NCBI GenBank assembly: GCA_042569365.1
Contig: JBHPHK010000002.1
Coordinates: forward strand, 10,494-74,493
Reading direction: 5' to 3'
Source of the DNA: Patescibacteria group bacterium
GTDB lineage: Bacteria > Patescibacteriota > JAUYIX01 > JBHPHK01
DNA length: 64,000 bases
Positions 28,389 to 36,906 of the stretch are shown here, one piece after another (the stretch's first letter is position 1; the number at the start of each line of letters is the position of its first letter). A program made the position numbers and the translations under genes. The notes under the pieces were generated by a model that was not told the origin of the DNA, did not search any database, and worked only from the letters and a program-made list of their open reading frames with translations.

Positions 28389-29525
28389 ATGTCAGTTATA
28401 TCCAAAAAAGTATTAATAATTTATGCAATTGCATTTGTCGGCATAATTTGCTTCGCAACAATTAGTTGGGCTCTTAGTACTCAAGATTTTATTACAGTTT
28501 CAGAAAAGAGGATTGGTGAAAGTGATAGGGGAGTGACATGGGAGTTGACAATCAGTAATGGCAAAGAGAAAGCCGACGATTGTACGACGCCAAGTAACGG
28601 TCTACCTCCTGATCTGTATAAAGTAGTTCCGATCAGTTCAGGAGGATCAATACAGCCCCCTGATAAAAGTGGCTTAATTGTTATTGAGGGGGATGATGAA
28701 ATTGTATCCGGTTGGTCTCTGAGTCGTAATGCAATTCAGGCTCATAATGATGATACAGTGAAGGTTTTAGTTCTAGGTGAGTCGGCTAAGTTTTACGTAC
28801 AGATCTATTGTTGGAAAGAAGGAATGGCTACTGTAGATGAATACTTTAACGTTATGAACGATGCTTATTTCTTTGATGGCAATGAAGAAATCAATGACAG
28901 TGTTACTGATAAAAATTCAATGGAAATCGAACTCCTGGGCGTTAATATAAATGACCAAGATGGTGATCAATTAAGGGATGAGGATGAAAAGAGTGATCGT
29001 TGTCCGCACATCTTAATTCCGGACAGTGATGGAGATGGATCAAAAGACGGAAATGACAGTAGTGGTCCTTGTATTAACACCAATTACACTAATAGTCCCA
29101 ATATAATCTACGGCAGTAAAGATGAGTGTACGACGGCAATAGGCGATCGTGCTAATGACGATCCGCCATCTGTCTGCTATGCGCTAAGTGGCATTGATGG
29201 CAAGACTTATTACCGTGAAGGAAAGCCTTCAGGTGTGAATAGTTCTATTGATCCTGAGAGCTTGGATGTAAGCGGATGGGATCCAGACTTAACACCTTTT
29301 AGGGCATTAATTGGCACATATTATAATATTGCAATTTCTTTTGGTGCTTTGGCGGCAATTATAATGATTATTATAGGCGGTTATCAATATGCTACTGCGG
29401 CGGGTAATCAAGCGCGCATATCCCAGGCAAAAACAACTATAAACTATGCATTACTAGGACTTGCAGTTGTGATCTTGGCGGCAGTCTTCTTAAATCTTGT
29501 TAATCCCGCTATCATCGGCGGATAA
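28389..29525 (+). CDS. Membrane protein with an Asp/Cys-rich extracellular domain and a C-terminal VirB2/T4SS-pilin-like two-helix hairpin
   Basis: N-terminal TM. Extracellular DQDGDQLRDEDEKSDRCPHILIPDSDGDGSKDGNDSSGPC. C-terminal hairpin FGALAAIIMIIIGGYQYATAAGNQARISQAKTTINYALLGLAVVILAAVF. Start chosen at the ATG at 28389, after the upstream stop. Confidence 0.45.
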   Translation: MSVISKKVLIIYAIAFVGIICFATISWALSTQDFITVSEKRIGESDRGVTWELTISNGKEKADDCTTPSNGLPPDLYKVVPISSGGSIQPPDKSGLIVIEGDDEIVSGWSLSRNAIQAHNDDTVKVLVLGESAKFYVQIYCWKEGMATVDEYFNVMNDAYFFDGNEEINDSVTDKNSMEIELLGVNINDQDGDQLRDEDEKSDRCPHILIPDSDGDGSKDGNDSSGPCINTNYTNSPNIIYGSKDECTTAIGDRANDDPPSVCYALSGIDGKTYYREGKPSGVNSSIDPESLDVSGWDPDLTPFRALIGTYYNIAISFGALAAIIMIIIGGYQYATAAGNQARISQAKTTINYALLGLAVVILAAVFLNLVNPAIIGG

Positions 29526-29536
29526 ATTATTAAAAT

Positions 29537-30721
29537 ATGCGTTCTCGAATTCTCATTATTATTAGCGTCATCCTTTTGGTCTTAATTTTGGCCGGAGTTG
29601 GTCTGTACCTACTTTTTTCTAACGGTGACGTAACTACACCTGCGGAAAATGAAGGCAATGGTCAGGTAGGTCTGACAGAATATGGAACACAAGCCTTGGC
29701 AGCCCTTGAGGATCCGAAACAACTACCACCCCTGACTAAATTAAATGATCTGCCGAGTAATTATCTGAGCTATGACAATAAAGAGAAGCAGTTGATTTAC
29801 TACAACAATTCAGCTGAGCAAATATTTGCTTCAAATTTGCTGGGATATGGCCAATCTGCGCGTTCTGACGAATTAAGCAATTTGACAGACATGGTTTGGT
29901 CGGCAGATAGAAATAAAGGCTTGCTCTTTTTCCAGGCAAGTGAGGGTAGTCCATTTCGCGCCTATATTTTTGATAACGAAACTCTGGAAACCAAAGAAAT
30001 TAAAGGCTATTACTCGAGTCTTACTTGGGCGAATGACTCGCGTTACCTAATCGGTTATCGTATTGGAGCTGCGGACGATGCAGCTACAGGCATTGTTAAA
30101 ATCAATAGAGAAACATTAGCGGAAGATGTTTTGTACGAAAGCGACCTGGAAGGCGTTCAGGTTCTATCTTACGGCGAAGATATTTTATATTATCTCAAGA
30201 CCGAAAGTCTGCGTCGCAGTAGCTTGTACCTCTTTGATACGTCAGCCAAAAAATCAACAGAACTTATATCCGGCTATTATAATTTTGAACCATTACTTTC
30301 GCCAAATGAAAACAAATTAATCTTTACTGGAAATACAGATGCTAATGATAAGCCTACGCTTCAGTATAAAGATTTAAGTAACGCAAGCAGTAAAGTATTT
30401 AGTCTTAATGTGGAAACATTTGCTAGCAAGTGTGCCTGGAATAGTGCTAGTACGGCAATCTACTGCGCTGTGCCGACAAGTTTGCCGATTAGTCAGACTC
30501 TCTATCAGGATTATCTTGATGCTAAGTTGAACAACTTAGATGCGATCTGGAGAATCAGCAGTGAATCTTTCGATGTAGAACAAATTATACCCGCACAAAA
30601 AATGTATGAAATTGATGCGCGTTATATGGTCGTTGGGAAAGATGACGCAACATTATATTTTATTAATCGTAGGGATGCCTATCACATTTGGGCTGTCAAT
30701 CTACATCTCTTAGAAGTTTAA
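29537..30721 (+). CDS. Membrane-anchored protein with a probable TolB-like beta-propeller domain; last gene of the operon
   Basis: N-terminal TM ILIIISVILLVLILAGVGLYLL. Repeated YxxSLTWANDSRYLI-type PD40-like blocks. Confidence 0.45.
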   Translation: MRSRILIIISVILLVLILAGVGLYLLFSNGDVTTPAENEGNGQVGLTEYGTQALAALEDPKQLPPLTKLNDLPSNYLSYDNKEKQLIYYNNSAEQIFASNLLGYGQSARSDELSNLTDMVWSADRNKGLLFFQASEGSPFRAYIFDNETLETKEIKGYYSSLTWANDSRYLIGYRIGAADDAATGIVKINRETLAEDVLYESDLEGVQVLSYGEDILYYLKTESLRRSSLYLFDTSAKKSTELISGYYNFEPLLSPNENKLIFTGNTDANDKPTLQYKDLSNASSKVFSLNVETFASKCAWNSASTAIYCAVPTSLPISQTLYQDYLDAKLNNLDAIWRISSESFDVEQIIPAQKMYEIDARYMVVGKDDATLYFINRRDAYHIWAVNLHLLEV

Positions 30722-30745
30722 CGCTTGAGACAAGTCAGGTTTGTT

Positions 30746-30777
30746 AAAAAGAGCTGGTGTATTAAACTAGCTTTTTT
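30746..30777. terminator. Bidirectional terminator between the operon end and recG
   Basis: AAAAAGAGCT-N13-AGCTTTTTT hairpin between convergent genes. Confidence 0.45.
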
Positions 30778-30826
30778 AAAAGGATGCATTGAAAAAGAAA
30801 TGAGCAAATGAAAAAACTCCCTTGTG

Positions 30827-32905
30827 TTACTCGAGATGAATCTTCTTGATTTTACGCTCTATGGAAGTTTTTAATCGCTTGTGTTTTGTCAGTAAAGGGT
30901 CCTCCTGCAAAAGAAGATCAACAGATTTCTTTGCACGCTTTAGGAGTGTTACATCACTAAGGTTTGCAAATTTTAGTTCGGGGAGACCGTGTTGACGGGT
31001 GCCGAAGACTTCTCCTGGTCCACGCAGTTCAAGGTCTGTCTCTGCTAGCGCAAACCCATCATTGCTGGTTGTCATAGCATTGAGGCGAGTTTTGGATTCT
31101 CCTGTTGGTTTTTTAGTTGGAACCAAATAACAATAAGATTGCATGTCGCTTCGACCAACTCGACCCCGGAACTGATGAAGCTGAGCTAGGCCAAATCTCT
31201 CGGCGCCTTCGATAAGCATAATGGTCGCATTGGGCACATCAACGCCAACCTCCACGACAGAGGTCGCGACCAAAACATCAAACTGTTTATTCATGAAGTC
31301 TTGCATGATAGATTCTTTTTGGGGAGATTTCATGCGGCCATGAAGTGTTTCAATTCTTGCCTTGGGCAGGCCCTCTTTTCGAAGTAGCTCTACAACAGAT
31401 TCCACAGACTTTGTTTCTAGTTTTTCAGAATCCTCAATCAAAGGACAGACTACAAAAACTTGTTCGCCAGCCTTGATTCTTGTTTGGACAAAATCGTACA
31501 TATCTTTTTTGGCATCAGCTTCAGTGATCAGATGAGTTTCGACAGGTTTTCTGTTCTTAGGGAGCGTCTTAATAAGTGAAAGATCAAGATCGCCATAAAC
31601 AGCGAGTGCCATGGTACGGGGGATTGGAGTGGCGGTCATAGAGAGAAGGTGAGGGAAACGACGCGGAACTTTTTCTTTGAGAAGACGACGCTGCTCAACG
31701 CCAAAACGATGCTGTTCATCAACGATAAAAAGGCCGAGCTGATGGAATTTCACATCAGGTTGGAGCAGGGCATGGGTCCCGATGATTAGGTCGACTGTGC
31801 CGATTTCCAGTTCGCGGAGCATTTGATCGCGCGTAGCTCGTTTATTGATAAAGCGTGCTTCACCACCGACCAATAAGCCAATCGAAAGTTGGAAAGGTGC
31901 GAGCAATAAGCGCAAAGTCTTGAAATGTTGGCGTGCCAGGATTTCAGTGGGCGCTATTAACGCTGTCTGCACTCCGCCACGAACTGTATTGAGGAGTGCG
32001 CCGGCCGCGACAGCAGTTTTACCAGAGCCGACATCGCCTTCGATCAAGCGATTCATAGGATGTTTCTTTTCCATGTCTTGTAAGACCTCCCATAGAGTCT
32101 TCTTTTGATCATCAGTTAGTTCGTAAGGAAGTTGGCTTGTGTAAGAACGCATCAGCGCATTGTCAGTCGGAATCGGAAAAGATTTTTGTTTTTTGAGAAG
32201 CTCTTTGACCTGTTGCGTGTAAAGCTGAATTGTAAATATTTCTTCGAAGGCCAGTCTTTGACGTGCTTCTTGAAGTTTCTTGTCAGTAGTCGGAAAATGA
32301 ACCTCTTTTACGGCTAGGTGATAAGAGGATAGCTTCTGTTGCTTGACGATAGTGTCTGGAAGAAGGTCTTTGAGCTGGGTAGCTAAAGGTAGCGCTTGTT
32401 TGATCCAATAACGTATTTGACGCTGCGTTAGGCCGCGTGTGAGGGGATAGACGGGCGTTATCCGACCCGTATGGGTTTGAGCTGATGTACTCGCCTGAAC
32501 CTTTTCATAAGCCGGGCTCTGGATATAGACACCTCTTTTACCGGTGCTAATTTTCCCGCTTAAAAAAACTTTCGTGCCGGGAGGCAGGTTTTTTGTGACA
32601 TACGGTTGGTTGAACCAAACTATGCGCAGGCGTTCAGTGCCATCTTTGATCCAGCCCTCTTGAATCGTCATGTTGCGTTTCCAGGCGCGACGGTTGTTTA
32701 TCTTTTCTATCTCACCCGTGACGGTGACCTGCTCCGCGATCATAATTTCAGAAAGAGGAGTGGTCTTGGAAAAGTCATCGTAGCGACTTGGATAGTGTGT
32801 CAATAAGTCGGCGACACTTTCAATACCAAGATTGCCAAGAGCAGCGCCTGTTTTTGGGCCAACTCCGGCGATCAGTTCAACGGGATCTGTGAGTTTGAGT
32901 GACAT
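30827..32905 (-). CDS. recG: ATP-dependent DNA helicase RecG
   Basis: N-terminal wedge domain (MSLKLTDPVELIAGVGPKTGAAL), Walker A IEGDVGSGKTAVA, DEQHRFGV, and other helicase motifs. Confidence 0.9.
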   Translation of the reverse strand: MSLKLTDPVELIAGVGPKTGAALGNLGIESVADLLTHYPSRYDDFSKTTPLSEIMIAEQVTVTGEIEKINNRRAWKRNMTIQEGWIKDGTERLRIVWFNQPYVTKNLPPGTKVFLSGKISTGKRGVYIQSPAYEKVQASTSAQTHTGRITPVYPLTRGLTQRQIRYWIKQALPLATQLKDLLPDTIVKQQKLSSYHLAVKEVHFPTTDKKLQEARQRLAFEEIFTIQLYTQQVKELLKKQKSFPIPTDNALMRSYTSQLPYELTDDQKKTLWEVLQDMEKKHPMNRLIEGDVGSGKTAVAAGALLNTVRGGVQTALIAPTEILARQHFKTLRLLLAPFQLSIGLLVGGEARFINKRATRDQMLRELEIGTVDLIIGTHALLQPDVKFHQLGLFIVDEQHRFGVEQRRLLKEKVPRRFPHLLSMTATPIPRTMALAVYGDLDLSLIKTLPKNRKPVETHLITEADAKKDMYDFVQTRIKAGEQVFVVCPLIEDSEKLETKSVESVVELLRKEGLPKARIETLHGRMKSPQKESIMQDFMNKQFDVLVATSVVEVGVDVPNATIMLIEGAERFGLAQLHQFRGRVGRSDMQSYCYLVPTKKPTGESKTRLNAMTTSNDGFALAETDLELRGPGEVFGTRQHGLPELKFANLSDVTLLKRAKKSVDLLLQEDPLLTKHKRLKTSIERKIKKIHLE

Positions 32906-33033
32906 GAGCTTTAATTATAACGCGGATTTCCTGGTTTCAGAAGTAGAAAAACCATCAAAATAAGTGGCCCACCATCCCCCTCCCGTCCACCCGCAGCTTA
33001 GCATGAACAGCATTAAATAATTATTAAGGCAAA

Positions 33034-33056
33034 CAAAAAAGCGCTGATGTGCGCTT
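33034..33056 (-). terminator. Intrinsic terminator of the cupin gene
   Basis: AAGCGC-N6-GCGCTT, followed on the minus strand by TTTTTTG. Confidence 0.45.
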
Positions 33057-33069
33057 AGTTGTTAGTTAG

Positions 33070-33465
33070 TTATTCACTAGTCTTCCCGTCGAAATGCTCG
33101 TCGTCTGCTTCAGCCGCTGCTTTAGTAGCATGTAAGACTCCATCAGCATGTTCTGGTGGAGAGTAAATTGTATAGAGCTTGAGTGGTTCATCACCGGTAT
33201 TGATTACATTATGATCTGCACCCGCAGGAACCGTAACAGAAATGCCATCTTCCAGCGTATATTCATTACCGTCGATAATTGCTTTGCCGGTGCCGGCTTC
33301 AACGCGGAAAAACTGGTCATGATCATCGTGAACTTCGGCGCCAATCTCTTCTCCAGCCTGCAAACTCATCAAAACGAGCTGGCTTTGTTTCGCCGTATAA
33401 AGAACTTTACGAAAATTATCGTTGGCGAGTGTTTCTTTCTCAAGATTAATAGAAAAACCTTTCAT
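33070..33465 (-). CDS. Cupin-domain protein
   Basis: Cupin_2-like conserved His/Glu pattern GEEIGAEVHDDHDQFF...VPAGADHNVIN. Confidence 0.65.
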   Translation of the reverse strand: MKGFSINLEKETLANDNFRKVLYTAKQSQLVLMSLQAGEEIGAEVHDDHDQFFRVEAGTGKAIIDGNEYTLEDGISVTVPAGADHNVINTGDEPLKLYTIYSPPEHADGVLHATKAAAEADDEHFDGKTSE

Positions 33466-33500
33466 ATAATGTATTTAGTTATTTAGATATTTATTATAAC

Positions 33501-33523
33501 AAAAAACTGCACACTGTGCAGTT
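33501..33523 (-). terminator. Intrinsic terminator of the 317-aa gene
   Basis: AACTGCAC-N3-GTGCAGTT 8-bp stem with a T-run on the minus strand. Confidence 0.45.
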
Positions 33524-33536
33524 CCTTTCTCAAAAC

Positions 33537-34490
33537 CTAAAGTTGATAACCCATATCCTGGGCTAGCTCTTCAAAAGTCATTGTCGCCCTTCTTTCTGCT
33601 GATTCTTGTGCGCCGGCAATTGACTCGTCAAATTTATTGAACAATTCGCGCAACGCAGTTTGTGATTTAAAATTAAGCATACTTGGCAGTTCTTCGGATA
33701 GTAGCGTTTTTCGGCCAAGGGAAAAATTAGCCTGCGATTCGGTCCACTGCTGCATCCTTACTTTATAAAAAACTTTTTGTTCCTCAGTTAGGGATATATT
33801 TTCTCGGAAAGCCTTAGCAATATCTAAATTCTCTTCTCGAAAAAGCGCATCACCTTCATTTTTGAAGGCCTCCGCACCGTCCATGCCGGCTCCGCCCAGG
33901 TCAGCTAGAGCGAGCGCATAAGAAATAATCTGTGAATCAGGCTTGAGATTAGGCTGAATTACTGTTTGATGCTCCACATCATAGCCGGGCACTGTTGCCA
34001 TGATTCCTTCGGCGACAATATTCTTGTCGGCTTCAGAAAATATTTCAAGCCCCGCCTCTTTATTGGCCTTATCCAGCTTAGCGACGCCAAGTTCAGCACT
34101 AGTGGCTTCGTTGTGACTAGCCCGTCTCTGGCGAAAGATAATCTTATCATCAAAGCCGGGAAAATCCTTTTCAGCAGGATCCCATTCTTGCACTGTATCA
34201 TGTTGCGAGGCAGTATAACGTCCCAGCTGCAGCGTGTACGCATCAACGATTTCTGGCTGATGCTTCTGGATCGTTTTCAAAATTCTTTCTGTGCGATCGA
34301 TTACTGCTAGCGTATGCCTGCTATTATGAAAATCAAGGTTATCCTCAGGATTTTCGTTGTGCTCAAACTGATCAGCTAGTTCTCCAAGAGTGCTTTCAAT
34401 CTGAGTTTCAATAACTTCATTAAAAAGACGCTCTGATCGCTCATGTTCCAGAGAGTGTTCAATGCTATGTGCAGAATCAACGGCAGCCAT
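33537..34490 (-). CDS. Hypothetical cytoplasmic protein; possible HD-type His/Asp motifs
   Basis: 317 aa, no TM. FHNSRHTLAV...SQHDTV are weak HD-like motifs. Confidence 0.4.
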   Translation of the reverse strand: MAAVDSAHSIEHSLEHERSERLFNEVIETQIESTLGELADQFEHNENPEDNLDFHNSRHTLAVIDRTERILKTIQKHQPEIVDAYTLQLGRYTASQHDTVQEWDPAEKDFPGFDDKIIFRQRRASHNEATSAELGVAKLDKANKEAGLEIFSEADKNIVAEGIMATVPGYDVEHQTVIQPNLKPDSQIISYALALADLGGAGMDGAEAFKNEGDALFREENLDIAKAFRENISLTEEQKVFYKVRMQQWTESQANFSLGRKTLLSEELPSMLNFKSQTALRELFNKFDESIAGAQESAERRATMTFEELAQDMGYQL

Positions 34491-34507
34491 ATTTAGAGTA
34501 GTTATTA

Positions 34508-34584
34508 TGGTGTGCCCGGCAGGATTCGAACCTACGACCTCAAGCTCCGCAAGCTTGCGCTCTATCCAACTGAGCTACGAGCAC
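34508..34584 (-). tRNA. tRNA-Arg, anticodon read as GCG
   Basis: 77 nt: GTGCTCG-TA-GCTC-AGTTGGATA-GAGC-G-CAAGC-TTGCGGA-GCTTG-AGGTC-GTAGG-TTCGAAT-CCTGC-CGGGCAC-A-CCA. All stems pair. A20, A73 and an encoded CCA are present. Confidence 0.8.
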
Positions 34585-34645
34585 GAAATTTGGATGAATA
34601 AAATCCGCATCTAAGACTGACACGGATCAGCTAAAATGTCAAATA

Positions 34646-35155
34646 TTAGAAACGTAAGATGCGTGCGATCGTGTCAGTCGTATCCTCATCCATATCCATG
34701 TCTTCATGCAAATATTCTTTAAGAATATCGCGGATTTTACTTGGGTCTTCATCAGCTAGTTCAATCGACATAACAGTTGCCAGCTTTTTCTTCATTTGAA
34801 AGTTTAGTTTCTTCAAAGAAGGTGGGTCATACAAGACCCAAAACTTTTCAATGTCTTTATAGAAATGTTTGTTGTCTCCAACTTGAATGCCGTATTCATG
34901 GATGCTGAAAGGAATGACTTGAGGCTTGCGTTGAGCTAATACCAGCCAAACAACCGCACCAATAAAGAAAGCGATCGCAGCAACGTAATATCCCAAGAAG
35001 ATCATCAAAGCGATCAAGAAGGCAGCGATCAAACCAAAAATAATAAACCAGTTGCGACCGCGCTGCATCTCCATGAATTCCGGCGCTTCCCAACCGCTAA
35101 TTTCTTTTCCAAGATTTATTTCGTTTTGATTTGTTTCTGTATTATCTTTTGCCAT
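34646..35155 (-). CDS. Small membrane protein (2 TM), hypothetical
   Basis: A central hydrophobic hairpin FIIFGLIAAFLIALMIFLGYYVAAIAFFIGAVVWLVL with an acidic C-terminus. Confidence 0.4.
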   Translation of the reverse strand: MAKDNTETNQNEINLGKEISGWEAPEFMEMQRGRNWFIIFGLIAAFLIALMIFLGYYVAAIAFFIGAVVWLVLAQRKPQVIPFSIHEYGIQVGDNKHFYKDIEKFWVLYDPPSLKKLNFQMKKKLATVMSIELADEDPSKIRDILKEYLHEDMDMDEDTTDTIARILRF

Positions 35156-35262
35156 TTTATATAAAAATTATTTGTTTCGCTATATTTAAGAGTATATCAC
35201 AAAGCGGCTTCTCGTGTGGGGAGAATTAACCTTTATTTTAAGGCCTTAAAAACTAATTTAAG

Positions 35263-35664
35263 CTATTTCTTAGCAGGTTTCCAGTCTCTTTTCAGAAGCC
35301 AGATGATCAGGAATAGCAATCCTGGCAGGGCAACTAACGCAAAATACGGTCCGCGTGGCAACATTCCCCGAAGGATAAACATATAGACGTAGAATATTAC
35401 AAAGCTGCCGAGAGTTATGATGGATCCCAAGAACTCTTTCTTCCAAACAAAGATGAGTCCCACGATAATTCCGATTGGGAAGAATAACATGCCGATCCAT
35501 TCAGATACTGTAGGCCATGTTGCAACGCCTACACTGATGGCGTTCCAAACTTCACCGACCAGCATCACTGCTAGGAAGAGCAAACTGGCAACTGTCCAGA
35601 TGCGTGCGATCCAGCGCAATACTGTTACGATGATATTTTTTTCATTTAATTTTTTTGTATTCAT
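35263..35664 (-). CDS. Small polytopic membrane protein (4 TM), hypothetical
   Basis: Four hydrophobic segments in 133 aa. Confidence 0.4.
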   Translation of the reverse strand: MNTKKLNEKNIIVTVLRWIARIWTVASLLFLAVMLVGEVWNAISVGVATWPTVSEWIGMLFFPIGIIVGLIFVWKKEFLGSIITLGSFVIFYVYMFILRGMLPRGPYFALVALPGLLFLIIWLLKRDWKPAKK

Positions 35665-35680
35665 TGTATAAATTATTAAC

Positions 35681-35774
35681 TGGCGGAGAGGGAGGGATTC
35701 GAACCCTCGAAGCGCTAATAAAAACGCTTAACGGCTTAGCAAGCCGCCGCTTTCAACCGCTCAGCCACCTCTCC
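35681..35774 (-). tRNA. tRNA-Ser, anticodon GCU, with a long variable arm
   Basis: 94 nt: GGAGAGG-TG-GCT-GAGCGGTTGAA-AGC-G-GCGGC-TTGCTAA-GCCGT-(22-nt variable arm)-GAGGG-TTCGAAT-CCCTC-CCTCTCC-G-CCA. Confidence 0.8.
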
Positions 35775-35828
35775 AGTCAGGGTTGATAAATGCTTCCTGC
35801 GCAGTATAGCGTATATTTTTAACAAAGT

Positions 35829-36446
35829 CTAATCCCGTTTTCTTGTTTCAAATTCGAGGTAATTGTCCTGGATTACTCCTGAGTCAACCAACGCTTGATA
35901 CTGTGCCGGATCTTTTTCATAAAGATAACGCACTAGTTTTCCTGGGACTTTTGCAATTGTCAGGCCATTCTCAGCTGCAAAATTCATGATACGCGTCACA
36001 GCATCTTCGATTTCTTCCTCGGTCTTAACATTGAGCTCGATCTCACCGACGTAATAATTCCATTCACCGAAATCGACATGATCAATATCGATCTTGAATC
36101 CTTGCATGTTGTATTTTTGCCTGACAGTATGATAGGTGACAAAGGGCATATACTCTTTTGCAGTCAAGCCCTCTTCAATAGTAAGCTCAGGATCTAAATC
36201 AAGATAGGCGCGAACAGTATCTTCATCGACCAGCTCGTCATAACGGTCAATTAAGTTATGGGCGATCGGTTTCTTGATCTCAAACTGGCCGTTGCGTTTG
36301 CGAACCCAGATATTTTTTGTGGTGAGAGAATACCGAGCATCATCATAGTAAGTATCCTCCATCTTAATTTCGCGTAAAAAATTTGCCTTCTTGAGGAAGG
36401 CTGGATGCGGATCTGTAATTTCAAATTTACGTTCAACTTCGATCAT
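35829..36446 (-). CDS. CYTH-domain protein (triphosphate tunnel metalloenzyme)
   Basis: N-terminal MIEVERKFEI (the EXEXK CYTH signature). ~200 aa. Confidence 0.65.
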   Translation of the reverse strand: MIEVERKFEITDPHPAFLKKANFLREIKMEDTYYDDARYSLTTKNIWVRKRNGQFEIKKPIAHNLIDRYDELVDEDTVRAYLDLDPELTIEEGLTAKEYMPFVTYHTVRQKYNMQGFKIDIDHVDFGEWNYYVGEIELNVKTEEEIEDAVTRIMNFAAENGLTIAKVPGKLVRYLYEKDPAQYQALVDSGVIQDNYLEFETRKRD

Positions 36447-36819
36447 CTTTTGAACAATTTCGGAAATAAGATATTAGATACAAAATGCCAGGAATTGCCA
36501 GGATCAAAACAACAACTAGAATCGACTGATCAATCTCGCCTGCGCGAATTGCAAAAATGCTGATGTAAAAAGCAAGAGCGCTGATGATGACAGTCAGTCC
36601 TCCCGCGAATTCCCAAGCCCAAGCAATGATAAGGCCGGCTAAGAGTCCGATTGGCATGAAAATCATTGGAATAAATTCAACTGCTGTGACCGTGCCTTCG
36701 GCATGCGGGAAAAATATCTCAGCGCCAAACCAAAAGACCATAACTGCAATATAAACCAGACCAACAATGCGTGCGGTCCAAAACCAAGCCGGGGATTTAT
36801 GTGTTTTAGATTTGTCCAT
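36433..36819 (-). CDS. Small polytopic membrane protein, hypothetical
   Basis: Four hydrophobic helices in 128 aa. Overlaps the CYTH gene by 14 nt. Confidence 0.4.
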   Translation of the reverse strand: MDKSKTHKSPAWFWTARIVGLVYIAVMVFWFGAEIFFPHAEGTVTAVEFIPMIFMPIGLLAGLIIAWAWEFAGGLTVIISALAFYISIFAIRAGEIDQSILVVVLILAIPGILYLISYFRNCSKDDRS

Positions 36820-36906
36820 AAGGTTATATTAATATATAATAATCATATTCGCAATTACCAGACTAGCCAAGGTAATTCACGCACTAAACACATTTTTATG
36901 AAAATA

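Noticed and set aside
12747-30721. Interpretation of the T4SS-like operon as an integrative conjugative element
   Set aside because: No integrase, relaxase, coupling protein or flanking repeats are in view, and it sits between core genes (rsmA, recG). It is treated as a chromosomal secretion system, although elements outside the window could change this.
36703-36906. Track ORF extends the epimerase 68 codons upstream (MREKYLSAKPKDH...)
   Set aside because: The extension overlaps the convergent membrane-protein gene (36433-36819) and has no Rossmann start. The canonical MKIIVTGGAGFIGS begins at the ATG at 36907.
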